A stretch of DNA of 64,000 nt from Sarea resinae (GCA_026026165.1 JAPEUD010000002.1:682001-746000), one strand, 5' to 3'; counted from the stretch's first letter, positions 11,094-26,200 are shown. Notes: a model not told the origin generated them from the letters alone. Made by a program: numbers and translations.

Positions 11094-14000
11094 TCATAGG
11101 AGACGAAAAAGAGACTCACCAGCAAAGCTTTGTGATACCATCGGCACTACTGACCCTCTTGACGGCACGCCCCCCATGCCCATCGCTAGCATCGAGCTCT
11201 CTCTCCTCCGCGCCTTAGCACTCTGCGGGGTTCCCGACGAGAGAGCCCCATTCAGACTTGCAAATCCATCGCCAGACGATGGTGGAAAGGAAGGGCTATT
11301 AGTGCCTTGAGCGTAAATCGTCGGCTGGAATGATGGTGTCGGCGGCTCGTATGATGGCTGGAGGGGTATGAAACCAGTGTCGTAGGCGTTGGAACTGGGG
11401 TTCCGACCAACTTGCTGCTGTTGCTGCTGATTGCGGAATGAAGTCTGGTTGTATGAGGGCGTAGGGAGCTCAGAGAACATTTGGCGGCGGGGGGACCGAA
11501 TATCTTCCGGTGTAAGGGGTGCGGCAGAGACTTCGATGGTGGGTGAATGAGATTCATCGAGTTCGGAAGCGAAGATACGGTCGAAATCCGTGAGGAACAT
11601 AGAGAAGATTGGCGCCGGGATGTTGAGCGTGGGGGAGAAGACAATGCCGACTTCACGATGTCAGCTAAAGGTTCTGTAAGAGCGAAGCACTTCATGGACT
11701 TACCATTTCGAACAGTCATTTTATTAATGTCCGAATGATTGACGATGTTGAGGAGGAAGCTTGAAAGCACTTTGAGCACTTCCCAATTTTCAGGCGGGAG
11801 CTTATGAACGAGCACATTATACATGTCGAGTTTTTGTTCTCTGTCTTCGACGTCTGCAAAGCAATGGCGTTAGATCAACCACGAACACAAGATTAGGAGG
11901 GCACATACCTAGGACCTGTAAGAAGTCCAAATGAAGTTCACGAGTAAGTACTGAGGATGGCAGCTCCCGCAAATATAATTTCAGTAGCGAGGCCACGGCA
12001 TGAACATCGTACTGGTGTTCGTCCGTAAGAAAATTGATGTCTCCTTCGGTATTGAAACGCTCCTTGAGAGCCTTGATGACCACATTAGATCCGCTAAGTC
12101 GAAAGATACCCTCTTCCCGGAAGGCATCTTTGGCATCCAAATATTCTATGCACCTGTACACAACAGCCGGCAAAAAGACGTCCACACCCACAGGGCGGCA
12201 GTACTCTACCGCTTCAGCCAAAGGTGCCCCGAATGCGGCCCTGGCTGCTAATCCTCGCTCGGTTAAGGTCTGCTGAGGAGAGCCATTGTTACTGCCCCCG
12301 CCAGTAGGCGATTGGATAGCTAAGTCGGATGAGCCTCTTCCTCGAAAACCCCAAATACTGCGTTTCTTATGCTCCTTGTCTTTGGCAGCAGATTTATTCC
12401 CCCAAGCCTCGGCATCTTGAATCTTAGCGCCGTTTGTTGGACCGGATATTGACTTTGATTGTGATGGAACAGACGTGTTTGGTGGAGAAGGTGTTTCGTT
12501 CAGCGATCGGCTCGGCGTTGAACCTCGAACGGGAGCTTCAGCAGCGACTGTGTCTTCATAGCTGATGCCCCGAAGCACGTCCGGTTCGTCTGAGACTTCA
12601 TCTCTGAGCCTGTTGTCACTCCTATTCCCACTGTAGTTTCTGGTCTGCCCTTGCTGGCCTCCAATATTGCTTGAAGATGCAGAGGCATCGCTGAAGACTG
12701 TTGGCCCTCTGAGCTCATCTTCGGAAGTATGATGCCTAATAGCCTGGATGAGAGTATCCACCCATTCATCTCTTTCAGCGTCGCTTTCGGCGCAGAGCAC
12801 ATGACGCATCAAACTGCTCGAGTCCTTTTTCTTAGGTTCTAAAATCAAGAACGCATGTCGGAATTGGCCATCTGCGTCATCGTCTCCTCTTGAAGGGGAG
12901 TTTTCTTGCTGCTGAGTTTGCCTCCCGATTTGAGCGTTCTGCAGCTTGATTGTACCAAGATGCGCGCCGTTAGGCGATTCGTAGTATTTTAGGGTCTGTC
13001 CATCCAGCGAGAAGAACCTGGCCTTCCATCCACCAAAATTTTTCCCTTTCTTGGTGAGGTAGCCTTCTTTCCGCATCACTGGGGATGATTGGTTAGTTGT
13101 AGATTCTATATCCGGAGACGCTTTCCCAACGACTGTCTCGTCGCCACCTGGTCCGATCGCGTTTGTAGAGAGAAAATTGCAGAATGCAAGCGCAACCTTT
13201 TCCTCCAAAGGAGCATCTAGGATAGCTTCAAGATACCCATCTAGGGCTATCCTTCGCGCATCTATCTTGGTGGGGGAGTGACCAGTGAACAAGTCTTTGT
13301 CTGGAAGGTCAGCTTTAAATTCCGGACATTTCCTAAGATGAGCGTGAAGCTGGGGCAATGCCTGCAGTGGCTTCTCAATGCGCCACAATTCTCTATCATC
13401 GGATCTGTTGAATATTCCCAGTGTGAGTACACGCTCTTCGTCGGATGATTTGGGAGCAATATAGCTCAGCCGCGACGGCTTCAGCCGCGAAGACAAGACC
13501 CTGACATCAACCAGCGGTATAGCGTTTGGTGGAAGCAACAGGTCGGGCCATTGCTCGGTGATGAAGCCGCGATATATTAGGCCGAGAACGGGAGATCCGC
13601 CGTTTTGCGAAGACAGAGACCCACTGGGCTGGCGAGTTGCGTTGGAGTAAGAGTCTCCTCTGTTTGGTTCGGGCCGAGTAGATGCTGATGATGTTTCAGC
13701 TGCGACAGATGTGTTGACTGTACTCTGCATGCCATAGGGGAGTGGGATAGGATGTCTCGGGGCTCGTGGGGACAAAGGCAAGCCTGGAAAGCCTGGTCGC
13801 GGAGACATGGGCGGAGACCCAAGGGCCCCAATACTGTGTCCCTCCCTTGGCATCCTGGGGAGGGGAGAATTCATCGGACGATCTCCCGGGCGAGGGCTCA
13901 TTGGTAAACCTGGGCTCATAGGCGGAGCGGAAACCAGATGTGATGGAAGTGCAGAGAGTGTTCTAGGCTGTGTGGGGTTCATGGCAGCCGCTAGTGAGCC

Positions 14001-15692
14001 CGGAGGTGACCGGTGACGTGGAGGAACGCTCAAGGCGTGCCCATGAATTTGACCCTCCTCCTGAGCCGTAGTCGTACCGGCATCGGGAAGAGCCTGCGGC
14101 ACTGCAGGATTTGCACTCATCTCCGCTTTTGATCGGCTACGGTGCTCCAATTCCTTGACCATCAAGGCCTCACGCTCTCGATCGTCGTCTTCACGAGTTT
14201 TTCTTCTTCCTCTCTCCTCAAACGTGGGCGTTTCCTCGACATCTGAAGCGTTGTCGTAATCAGACCCTGAATCTTCTACTGCAATTTCGGCTTGCGGAAT
14301 TGGTGGGCTTGCTCTGTTAGGTTGGGATAAATGTAAGGGGGCTGGTGGGGGTTTCCGCGGCGGTGGTGGAATTCGATCTCTAGGACTGCCACCTGATTGG
14401 CCTTGAACCTCTGAGAAGGAAGGCGACTCAAGAGCCTGCTGAGATGCTGCTAGTGATCGCTTCGCGCTGAAGCTATTGGGTGAGATCGCCCCTCGCTGCT
14501 GTTCTGGCGTTAGCTCATCTGTCCGGGTCGGAGGCGGCGACGCCGGCGTTGTATTTGTAATTGTCCCATTGTTTGACGTCCCAGGTGGCAGATCATTGAA
14601 GCTCTTTCCAATCGGTACGTAGGTATTTCGTATATCATCTGCTTCTGCCGGTGAATACTGAGATTGCTCAGCAAGATGTGAGGGCTGGTGAGCCGTTGAC
14701 GCTCCGTGAGTAGCCATTGCCTGCTCGGCAATGGCAGGCTTCATTTCTTCCGATGGCTCTGTTTCCCGAAGCCGTGCAGAGATGTCTGCAACTGTGTGAT
14801 TCGCAGAGGCACTTCCATGGTGACCGTCGGCAATTGAGGGGAGTTCGCTCTGGGGTCTGGGGGTGGCGGGTCCGGCGTGGTTAGGTACGTTGCTGCGACC
14901 AGATGACGCCTGCCTCAGTAATTCTTTCATTTGATTCCGGTATTGCTCCTTCTCCTTCATGGCCCTTTCCAAGTCCTTGTTGAGTCCCATTATCATCGCC
15001 CTCTGCTTGTTGACCAACCTCCATAGCTGAGAGTTTTGAGACGTCGATGATTGTTTCTCCTTCAACAGGTGTTCAATAACAGCCTCTGCAGAGCCCGCAG
15101 TTGATATCAAGTGAGCAATGTCTGTAGCGGTCGTGGGGACATTCTCGGGGGACGGTTTTTGCGAATAGGAGGTGCTTGAAGATATAGAAGATATTGCGGA
15201 GTCGATAGATGATGTACGCGGTATTGGCCGGGCCGGCCTATAGACCGGCGCAGCTGAATTCATCGACGGGGGTGAGCTAGGAGATGCTCGACCAGGCTGA
15301 TGAGGTGGCAGTCGGGTGGGAGGATTTCGCAACTGGTCGTAGATCGGAGGCTTTGAGGACTGCGACGATTGGCTTAGGGTTCTTTCAACGGATCCGATCC
15401 CTCTCACTCCTCGGGATGCTTGGCCTGAATCCTCCAACGCCAGCAGATCATCGAGACGTTCCCTTGGCGATCGCGGTTGACTTTGATCGGCTAGAAAATT
15501 GTTTGGGATTGAGCGTGCGGTATGTATATGTTCTGGCGGTAGTCGTCGACCGGTTTCCATTTGCTCACTTCTCGACGCTAGATCGGAATGATCAGGATGC
15601 TGAACCGAAGCAGCGTTTGGCTTGCTCATCCCCTGGCCTGAATAGGGAGAATCAGGACGACCTATCTCCATGTTCGAATCCTGCCGCGACAT
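11094..15692 (-). CDS. BEM3: Rho GTPase-activating protein with coiled-coil, PX-like, PH and RhoGAP domains
   Basis: PH domain KEGYLTKKGKNFGGWKARFF; RhoGAP EEGIFRLSGS, ASLLKLYLRELP, NKMTVRN|VGIVFSPTL; introns near 11856-11909 and 11667-11703. Confidence 0.88.
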
Positions 15693-18243
15693 CTCCAAGC
15701 CACGTGTACCGAGGCAGAACCAGCTTCCCCAGTGACATCAAGCAGAAATCGAAGAAACCAAAATTTGTAGCAACACGGAGCTCGACCCGGTCACTGAGCC
15801 GAGCGCGGTTTGCTGGTGTGTGGTCGGATGATGCTCTGCGTCAGTCCTCGTCGCTGAGCCTGATGGATGGGAGAATCGTGATAGCGTGCACAGCTCCAGA
15901 AAAAAGCGTTTGAGTACCCCTCGATGCCTCTCGGACACAGTCCGAGGGAAGATGTGTGGTCTCTGGGCGATTGACTGACCGTCGCAGCCGCAGCCAGGAG
16001 GGTGATTATGATTAATGAGGGGGGAAGGAGAGATCTTCACTCGCAGAGATGAAGAAGATTGGAGGAGCGATGGAGGAGAGATGGCGCAAGCCGAAGAGAG
16101 GGCAGCCCCCTGCTGAGTTCCTGACTTGGAGATGTGTATCGTAATTGAGCGTAGTGTTGTAGGAGTAGGTAGGTAGTAAGAGTAGCAGGAGGGTCAGGTA
16201 TCCTATGTGCTACCGTGGAGTAGAGAGTACATCGTACTCGTAGAGTCAGTATTCCGTACAGTATACAAGAATGTCTAGGATGGTAAATGCCGATAGGAGA
16301 AGGAGACTGAGGCAACTCAAGAAGAGAAAGGCCCGCCGCGTGCCGCCCAAAGCTCTTCCAAATCTGCCAGGAACAGGGGGTCAACGAAGTACTACGCTGT
16401 ACTATGGTAGCGTCGATGATGTGAAATTGAAGGTACTTCGTACTCGACGAGGTACGGATACTCTACAGGATGCAGTCGTCGAGCGTTGAAGTGCCAACTG
16501 CAGAAAGACATCCATATCGATTGTCATTGATTGACTTCCAGGTTGTTGACCATCATCATTGGCCGTCACACTTTCCCTTCACCTGTTACTACTATTTTAC
16601 TCTATTAGAAGCTCTATCTACCTTACCTACCAGAATGATCGATTCTATGTCGACAGCGTCATGTCGACTACCTAATGTAGGTAGTATTGACTACCTGCGG
16701 TATAGCCGAGCGCTTGCAACTCGGGCTCCGATATGTACGAAATCAAGAGTAAAGTGGGTAAGCCCATTCCCCCACCCCTGAAGATAAACCAATGCGATAG
16801 CACAGCGAGCGAGGCCCACCTCCAGCTGTCAGTGTACCTGGGAACTTCACAGTACTCTATCTTGTAGAGTATATACTCCCGAGTAGAGGCGGCGACGGAT
16901 GTGGCGGAACCGTCACAAGCCAAACTCACGCTTCTTTCTCTTGACATGATAGACAGCAGAGTGCCGATAGAGTCGAAAAAATTATTGCGAGCGCTTACCT
17001 GGTGTCTCCCGTTCCTGACAGCTAAAGAGCACTTGAGCAGTTCGACTTGCATACTCGTATCGCAACGAAGGGCGCGAAACGACGAGCCCATTCGTCAGAT
17101 CTCCCCTGAATCCCTGTCCCCGGAGTGCAAGCCAGGGCACGGACGGGCGTTAAGGGTGCAGTGCAGATACCCAGGTCATGCGGCTCGAAGGCACAACAGT
17201 TGATCGCCTACAGTAGCACCACCAAGGGAGAGTTCACCGTACTGCGATAGGTAGTAGGTAGTTGTAGGCATTAATCAACAGAAGATGCTCATTAATAATC
17301 TCACTGATTCGCATTTCCAGTCTCGAACTCAGACAAAAGACGTAAAATGGCAAGTGGTCTACTGCAAAATACTTCAAAACATGTCTACTAAGGCAGTCGG
17401 ATACAAAGGCCATCCACTTAGGTGGCGACCGGCTCGAGCAAGTCCCCCTAAAGCGCTGCAGAAGCAGAAGCAGGCAGAGGTGCCACGACCACGATAACCC
17501 CTGAACGCCCAGAAAATACGATGGATAAGGTAAGTACTTCGTAGCTAGCAACCTCTTCCTCTGATGAATCCGTCATGTTACTGTGTACGATGCGACCGCT
17601 CATTCGACCGCCTGTGGGGTACTTGGAGTACATGATCTGGCATATCATGGCTTATCGTACGTACTAGTCGTATCTCAGCATTTTGTACCACGTCGACCAA
17701 GCTGCCATGCTGCGTACGCCAATCGTAATTGGATGAAACCCATCATAGACGTCTCGCTCATCATCTCACCTCATCTCATGCGATCAACCAGTAAGACAGA
17801 CTCTAATGACCCCAGCAACAAACACTTGCGGATGTCCATTTGAAATCCTTCTCACCGAGCCACGCCTTCGATCTTTTCGCTTGCCTTCTTTAGATCATGG
17901 AACAGGATAATCCGAGTCGGATCGATTTGTCACGGAAACTGTCAAGGATAGTACGGGATGCAATGTGCAGCAAAGAAAGGACTGGACGCTGAAATACGGC
18001 AAGTGAGGTCAGAAAACCTGCAGCATCGATTATGATTGGACTGAGTATATATTAATGAACTTCTGAATGCTGAGATGGCTGTATGACACAACCAATTTCG
18101 ATACAGGGATATACAGATTAAAGATCTGAAGAGATATAATGACTTACGAACCATCCAGAAGCAAGACAGACATTGCCAATAACAGCACACGGCCCCTTAC
18201 TCTTTTCCCCGCATATTTACCTTGGTCACCCACTCTTATTACA

Positions 18244-19605
18244 TTAGAAATTTCTCGCCGCGGTCGGCTGTTCTTGCTGCTGCTCGAGCCGCCCGTTCTG
18301 CTGAGCCGTCAGCCCGTAAGTGCTTTCCTCGCTACTGGTCGGCGGTCGATACATGTCCATCTCCATCTGTTGCTGAGGTTGCTGCTGTACATAAGGACGG
18401 TACGCCGATGTGCGATCCGGTGGGTAGGTTGGGCCATCCGCGATGCCATTGGCAGTATTATCGGAGGTAGCGGGATATGACGGGTCCTCGGAAGGCAGTC
18501 CAAGATTGTTCTGAGCGGAACGGATGGTGGAGTTCTTCGACCGGACGGCAGGGAGCAGGTCGACGAAAAAGGTCAAGACGTAGAAAGTAAATACTAAGGC
18601 GATTACTAGGATGCTGTTAGTTTATATCATTGCCTTGACCACCAGTGAAAGCAATGATCTTCCGATTTTGAAGGGATGCGGAAGAGAAAACTTACTCCAT
18701 TCGAGTATTGCAGCGGCATCTCTGTGAGTGTTGCTGTTGTGGCAGATACCAAAACCTGTGTAGGAACGTTTGTTAATATAAATGGGCAGCAGGTTTCGTT
18801 TGGATAGTCTGTGCACTTACCAATGGCCAAACCGACTTCAATGATGATGAATGCAAGTTTCAACCAGAAGGAAAAGCGCAAGACGCGCGATTGACGGTGA
18901 TGCGTAGCCAGACGTTGGTACTCCGCGCAGATAAAAATTGCGGAAACAACATAGCCCACACTTCATCCTTTAGGTCAGCTAATGCCACTATAGAGGGGAG
19001 ACGAAGGCAAACAAACATGAAAAGAACCAGGAACGTATCATGCAAATGCGGATGCCTGAGCGTATCGAATATAGAAAGAAGGATCAACCCTACCGTTCCT
19101 ACGATAGCAGCAACGATAGAGAGACCCGAAAGGACCTTTTCGGCGATCCCAATATTCGGCGCCAATGCTCCTGTGTGGCGGAGCCACCGTTCGGATGCAA
19201 AGGAAAGATCGAGGAATATGGTCGTAACGCAAGAACCCGCGATGAACAGAGGTTTCAGTCCTTCAGCGCCGATATCTTTGGAGACTGGTTAATAGATCGT
19301 TCGACAAGGAAAAATAGCTTTCAAAAGATGTAGCATACCTGAAATGTAACTATATACTCGTTAAATTTTGTCAGAAAAAGCAAGCATCATAGCTGGGACG
19401 GTAAAGACTGACGCAATGTGCTGACTCGCGTCCATAGATCTATAGTGCGGATGGCCTTCGACTTCCCAGGTAATAAGCATGGCCAGTAACATCCCTAAGA
19501 GCAAATGTCAACACCAGCTCTCTATCGTCCGGCACACCTGATCATACCTAGCCATGTCCCTGCTGATACCAGTGGGAACAGAAAGTACGGAAATGTGAGC
19601 CTCAT
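18244..19605 (-). CDS. SFK1: Frag1/DRAM/Sfk1 family membrane protein (multi-exon, includes an 11-nt micro-exon)
   Basis: Spliced product reads ...QHIAYISDIGAEGLKPLFIAG...ERWLRH...LILLSIFDTLRHPHLH...AAILEW..., with several TM helices. Confidence 0.85.
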
Positions 19606-20878
19606 GGCGAGGAATCAGAGTCCCTCCTTATGCTAATCCAGACCAAATAGTCTGGTGCAGGAGGTGATATGTTCGTCGTAATCCGGTACGAAAGCGCAGG
19701 AGCAAGACAACGAATGCGCGTGATCGTCACAATGCGCCAGGGTTTGAAGCCGAGCAGTGTCCGTTTTAACAGCAAGAGCGCAAGACGACGCTTTCTGTAC
19801 AATGTGAACCAAGTTAAAAGCCCAGGCAATGGACGAGATGTCGACAGGTGACTTGGATTGAACGCCGAGTCGCAAGGGATCCACAGCCGATTGCGACAGG
19901 AGCAGTAGCAACAGTGAAGGCCACCGCCAAGTGAATGTTGTCGTATACCTTGTTGGTGGGTGATGTAAGAGAAGGTGTCGGATCAGGTTTCGGATCCGGA
20001 GCAAGGTGAAGAAGTAGACAGAGTAAGGCGGTCAACGAGATGGGATTCCTCCGTATGCAATCCAAGAAGCGATAGAGACGAGCTGGTCCACGAGACCGCG
20101 GACGTGATGAGATGAGACGAGACAAGATGAGGCGAGGAGTCGAAGTTGGGACAGCAACAATACCTTATTCTTCTACGTGACAGACTCGGGATGCGAGATT
20201 GCACCCATTGATTACGCATTTTCTCTGGATATTTCGTTCACGAGGTAGATGTGCGAAGTACAAGTACCAGGCACACGACAGCACGACACATGCACAGTGA
20301 GCCACTGGCGATATATTGATGAGGTATCTCCCGACTGCGACCCATGTACCATAGGTACCGTTCTATCCTTGGCACGGCCCCTTGTGCATGGACACAACTA
20401 CGTCATGCCGAGCCCGACGCCTCCCTTCGCCGCCTCCCGCGCCTCCCGCCAAGAGGGCTGCGTTGCATCCACCCCGAGATCGCGTGTCCCACGTTCCATC
20501 GTCGCACAGCAGGTACCCGGACCATCCTCAATTGTTTGAGTCAGGGCACGTTGGAAGAGAGAGAAGGATATGGGATATGGACAATACATTGTTGCTCGTG
20601 GACTCGGCCCCGTCACTAGGTACCTACGTTATGAAATGTTTTGGACGTTGGATACCCGTTGCGCATCTACACCGTAACCTTTTACGAGTCCCCTCACTAT
20701 CTATTCATCCAAACTCCCAGACTCCTGTCCCCTCCATTTCAGGCAAACAATTTGAGTGAAGCGCCGTACCCACACATGAAGACGCTGCTTACCAAAGGAA
20801 CGACGCCGTAATATACTCTTCCGCGCCGTCGTTGACACCGAAAGCCAAATCCGCAACGACACTGCGGATGGCTTTCCA

Positions 20879-22255
20879 TCATAGCTCATCCATTTCTTCA
20901 TGGGGATACTCGCGCCACCAGTCATGAGGATCTCCCCCCGGGATACAAAGTCCCAGTCGCCAGAAATAGTCCCGATGCGCGAAAAAGAGCTGATGGAGCT
21001 TGTAGCGTGCTGGTAACGACGGCAGTTCCTTCTCCTCCGCTATGCCATCGCTGCCTTTGGCTGACGGCTCGTCCGCACCTGCAATGCATGTCGGGTCCTC
21101 GTCACCTTTACATCTACGCAGATCGGATACCGAGGGAGATAGTTGTGCTTTGGTGATGTAGAGCTCTTCGGCGTGCATTCGGTAGCCCCATTCCTTTAAC
21201 GGTAAAAGTGGGACGGGATCGTCGACATGGGTAACGCGCCGGTAGGATGAGAAGCTGGTTTGCACATCCCCGCGCTCATTGCCATCCCTCTCCAGCGAGG
21301 GCGGCCGAGCAAATTTTGCGTCGATAAACTCTACAAGGGCCTGGTTCCCCACTCGCGGTTCCCCAAATGTTGTTACATGCGGGTTCCAGCCGCGCGTATG
21401 CATGTCTAGAGACCCCAAGGCGGCAACAGCACCGCCGAGCGAGTGACCAACGAGCACAAGGGTATAGTCTGGATAGAGGGCGACGAGGCGCTTCAAATGG
21501 GGGAGGATATGAGGGCGTGTATTGTGCCAGGATGCGAGAAAGCCGGAATGGACGGTGCAATTTGGACATTTCGAGGTTCGGTTCGAGAGTGGGGACTGCT
21601 TGTGAGGAGGCTTGAGAGGGTAAGGTAGGGCGGAAGGTAGTGAGCCCTGTGGCGAAACAGGAGGCTCTTGATCGGAATCAGCATCATCATCATCATCATC
21701 ATCATCGCCGTCCTCGGATGGATAAGGAACGTATTCTTGCGGAACGGTCGAAAGATCAGCGATTGTGTTCGAGACCGAGTAGGTCCCGCGGAAAGCAACG
21801 ATTATGCGTGGCGAGGACGGCGGGTGGGAGAGAACGAGATAGCCGCAGGAGTCAGAGAGGAGAGGGCCTGTATCCCATGTCTAGCAAGAAGGTTTGTGTG
21901 TCAGATTCGATTATCTCTGAGATTTGAGTGAGAGGACAGGGAAATTGTAGAAGTTGCTCACAGTGACGAGCTCGAAGCCCTTGAACTCGTGGCATCGACT
22001 AGCGCATACGAAAGGTGGCTCTATACCAGTCGAGCCGACACAGTAAGCAATATCGACGATGCGCGAAAGTTCTTCAAGTTCGTTGAAGAGCAAGACTGAG
22101 ATGTTGCGATTGGAATCGCCCAAGTTTGATTGAAACAAGGGCGTCTGCGCATGGGACTGCAGTGCAGGCAGACTGAGAGCTGGCCATGATAGGAAGAGCA
22201 CGCCGATAAAGCAGAGATAGATGTGAGAATGGGGTTTACCACTCAGGGGCATCAT
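20879..22255 (-). CDS. secreted class 3 lipase
   Basis: Signal peptide; LEELSRIVDIAYC; IIVAFRGT; VHSGF; GHSLG nucleophile elbow; TTFGEPRVGN; RRVTHVDDPVPLLP; intron about 21892-21958. Confidence 0.9.
21682..21705. repeat. (CAT)8 microsatellite encoding poly-Asp in the lipase
   Basis: Read directly from the sequence. Confidence 0.9.
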
Positions 22256-23276
22256 ACTGAGAGATGATCACCTCTATTCATGTTCGTTGAGAAAGACTTG
22301 TAGAGAACTATGAGACAGGGTGAGGTGTTGAGGGCCGAGGGCCTAGGTGTGGCTTTCGTGGTGATAGGTGTGGGGTACTTACCGAGCTTAGTATGTAATA
22401 CTACGTAGCGAGCCAACGTCATGAACCGAAGCTACTACCTAGCCGGTATCTGACTGTGATCAGCAGGCACCTTATATACACATCACCTCAGCTCTTGCCT
22501 GTACAGAGTACGAGCAGTATGAAAGTTCAATATTACTGTAAAACATATCAAGTATCTATATACCGGTAATGTGTAAGTCGTGAAAATTTACTCCTACCTT
22601 ATCTGGTCCTCTGGAGCCAGGACTTATGTTGTTTGATATCCAATACTCATGTAGCCAGAGTACTAGAAACATGAAGCTCCTTAGCTCCCTTTGCATATTG
22701 ACTAAAACCGATCACGGCCGATGTTCTAGCATATCCTGATGGTCAGAATTTAGGACGATAATCACAAAATAGAAGAGGGGTTTATATTAATTAAGCTCCT
22801 CTTCCCCCAAAGCTTAAAAGCCACGATCAGGATTCAGGCAATCCTGTCACCACGAAAGCATAATACACCCAAACCTCAACGAGCGCCTCAAACATTCCGA
22901 ATTTCAATTTTATTTTCCGCATTGATCACTATTGGAAACGTTTTGGCTGCTTTCATACAAACGTGAAATCTTATAAATCCGTTGCTGGTATCTTGAAGGA
23001 AAAGGATAAAACACTGTTGAGGATACGAGAAGGGAATCAAGGGGAGGGGGAAGGGAGCGGAAAAATACTTTGCTTCATCATTGGGAGAAAGACGTGAGGG
23101 GGAGAGCGAGGAAGGGCGACGAAAGGGAAACAAGGCAAATTCAAGCGTAAGAGACAAAGCGTGATAAAATAACAAGGGAAGACGAAATGTAGAGAGAAGT
23201 ATTTCATCATTTGTCGTTACCTAGCGCAGGATACCATCGCCTTTTCCAGACTTCAATTTAAAGTCTTAAAAGATAG

Positions 23277-26200
23277 CTATAGGACCTCTTGAAATTTTGA
23301 ATCCCTTACAGGGCTCTCGCCTTGCCCGCGTGCAGCCGTACTTCCGAAGATACCGGTTGGGGGAGGTTGCGGTGGCGCCAATTTATGATGCTCTCCGTCG
23401 TCAAACGTATCGCGGGCCTCTTCAAATTCGTCGTCAGCACCATCATCATCGTGAGCGCCGCTGCCGACACCATTGACTTCGTGGCGACGAGAAAGTCGAC
23501 CGCGGGGTTCATGATGGTCGTGCTCGGTACTAGAGAGCGAGCTAATGGATGGTGAAGAGAGAGCATTATGCTGGTGGACGCCTTCATCATTAGTAGCGAC
23601 AGACGGTAATACGTCTGATGTCTTCGTCGTAACGGCTGGCGCTGTAGGCTGAGACTCTGGACGACCGACCATGGCAACATCACGGACAGAGTCCGAGTTG
23701 TGGTCCAAGCTTGTGGAACTAGCGTTAGCACCTCTAGCACCAGCACCCGTCAAAGTAGCGCCGCCAACGAAGGAACCACGATTATCAGTCGCATCTGGGG
23801 TTTTGGGTTTGCTCTTGCTGCGAAGAGAGAACTTCCCGCGCAGCCAATTCTTCACTCGGCCGTCTGGCTTAGGTGACGTGGGCGATCTCTGAGGTGGGCT
23901 TGATTCGCGCGCAGTTGTTGCTGTTGCTCGAGCTTCGTCAGATGATGGCTCTGAGAATTTGGAAGTGAGAGCAGGAGGTGGTTCAAGAGTGCTCGATGCA
24001 ATTACTGGTTCCGCGGCAGTGACATCTGCAGTCGGCTCAGTAGAATTTTCTGCTGCAGGTGGCTCGGCGGCTGCGCTATTTTCATTGGGTGATGCAACTG
24101 GCTCTTTCAAGACAGGCTCTTTGACCACTCTCTCGGCTACGGCCTTTGCGTCGTCGGTGAGCGGATGTTCTGGGTCTGCCTCAACAGCTGGTATATCATC
24201 GGTCACCGCGCTATTATCTGTCGCGTGCGCAAGGGGAGCCGCAGCTTCCGAAGTTGCCTCTGTTACGGTCGCCGCTCCTGGTGATATTGCTGCTTCCGTC
24301 TCCGGTTCAATAGCAGGTTCCTCTGCCGCCTCGGATACTGGCCGTGCCTTTTTGTCTCTAGACCTGCGCTTTTCCTCTTTTGCTAGCCGTTTTTCCTCCG
24401 CCTTAGTTGCCTTTTCTTGAGCCTTCCGAGATTTCTCTGCTTGCTTCTCTTCGTCTAAGATACCGTTAGTAGAGATTGGAACGGATATGGATAGCCCATA
24501 CCTTTGGACCGCTTCTGTTCGGCTTTCACTTCTGCATCCCTCTTTTTCTCCTCCACCGCGAACCGTTTCGATTCCTCGGCGTCCAATTTGGTTTCCAAGT
24601 CTTTCGCTCTATGCCTCTCTGCTTCATCGGTGATCTCATCTAGTGTCGGTTGCACGTTGGCGAGAGCAATGGCGTCCACGTCCGACTGGTCGAGGAATTT
24701 ACCACCGCCAATATTGACCTTGCCGTGGGTGGCCAAACGAGCCTCACTGTCAGATTGCGCTCGAGCTTTGGCTGCAGCCTCCCATTCTTCCCACATCGCC
24801 GGAGAGACTTTGCCGGTCTCCAAAAACACCTTCTCATCCATGCCGTGCATACTAGCTTGGACGTTCCTCTGTGCAGCAGCCATCAAGGCGTCCCGATCTT
24901 TCTGTCTCTTTTGAGCATCAACATCTGCCAGCTTGTCCGAGAATTGAGCCATCTCGGAGCGTATCCTTCGAGATCGTTCGGCGTCCTGCATTGAGCTTCC
25001 ACTGTCGCTCGCTGCCCTTCGCCTTCCTCTTCCTGTGAACGATCCTTTCTTTGACTTCCGCGCTTGTGGCGGAGGCTGATTCATTCCATAATATGTCAAA
25101 TACGCGTCATCTTTCTGCTCAATCTTGGCAAGTCTTTCCGCCGCCAATTTCTGTGCTGCCTCATGCAGGTTCAAGTACTGCATGACCGGCGATGTTGGGG
25201 AACCCGCAGTCGACGTTGAAGAAGAGCGGCCGTGAGCCTTATTGGCACTCTGATCTCCTTCTACGTTGTACATTTGCTTGGCCATAGATAACGCCGCAGC
25301 ACGGAGACCATCCTGGCGAGCTCGCTCTTCGACTTCGGCATTGACAGGTGGATTCGAAGAATACATCTCTCGGGAGATGTTCGATTTCGCAATGTTGTGA
25401 ATACGGCCAGCATCCACCGTAGAGGGAGGCTGTCCAGCCGTGCTGCCTTTTGAGCTTCTAGAGGACGGTCTATGTGCAAATGTCGCTGCACTCAGTGCGT
25501 TTGATGCCGAGTTTGCAGAATCGGGGTACGATGCGTGCGGAACTGGGGTGGATCCTGCTCTTCGCCGGCTGCCGGACATAGCACCTGTTGCCGCCAGTAA
25601 GGCCCTTCTGCTTCCCTCTGTTGTGTAGCCATAGTCGAGCTGTGGGCTCAAGCCTTTATTGCGCATAGCCTGGCCGGCAGCAGAATTTCCGTAGGATGAT
25701 TTCGCAGGGGTCCATATCTCTACATTCGCTCCGTCCTTATGCGCGAGAATTGCTGCTTTCGATCCAGCAGCACTCAAAGTAGGTTGCCAGAGTGGCGCTG
25801 GCTTGATGTCTGTCGCAAGCAGAGCCGCCGTATTCGCCGAAGACGATGGCTCAGGCTTCCAATGTTCGAACGGCTTCTTATTAGCATTCGCGAGGCTGGC
25901 TGCCGCTCCTGCCGATGAGCTAGAATTGGAGAGACCGGCAACGGGGTAGCTGGGTAGAGATGCCGGGGACGCATATTTCAACGAAGCAGCAGCACCTGCG
26001 AGATCCAAATTAGGGCTATGAAGATTGTGGTGAGATGAAGGCAGCTTTACCTGCTGATGAAAGCTTGTGGTCTGCATCGAGAGGATAATTGCTGCCACGC
26101 TCGGGTGATTGCTCAGGTTGGCGATACAGAGCAGATTGCGCGGCCTGCGACATGTTGGTAAATGCAATGCCTAACTTCTGGGAATGAAGGCTCACCTGGT

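Noticed and set aside
15284..15913. 209-aa plus-strand ORF
   Set aside because: Antisense to the BEM3 5' end with no recognisable motif.
17285..17497. 70-aa ORF faintly resembling a BED zinc finger of a hAT transposase
   Set aside because: The Cys/His pattern is incomplete and no further transposase sequence or TIRs are nearby.
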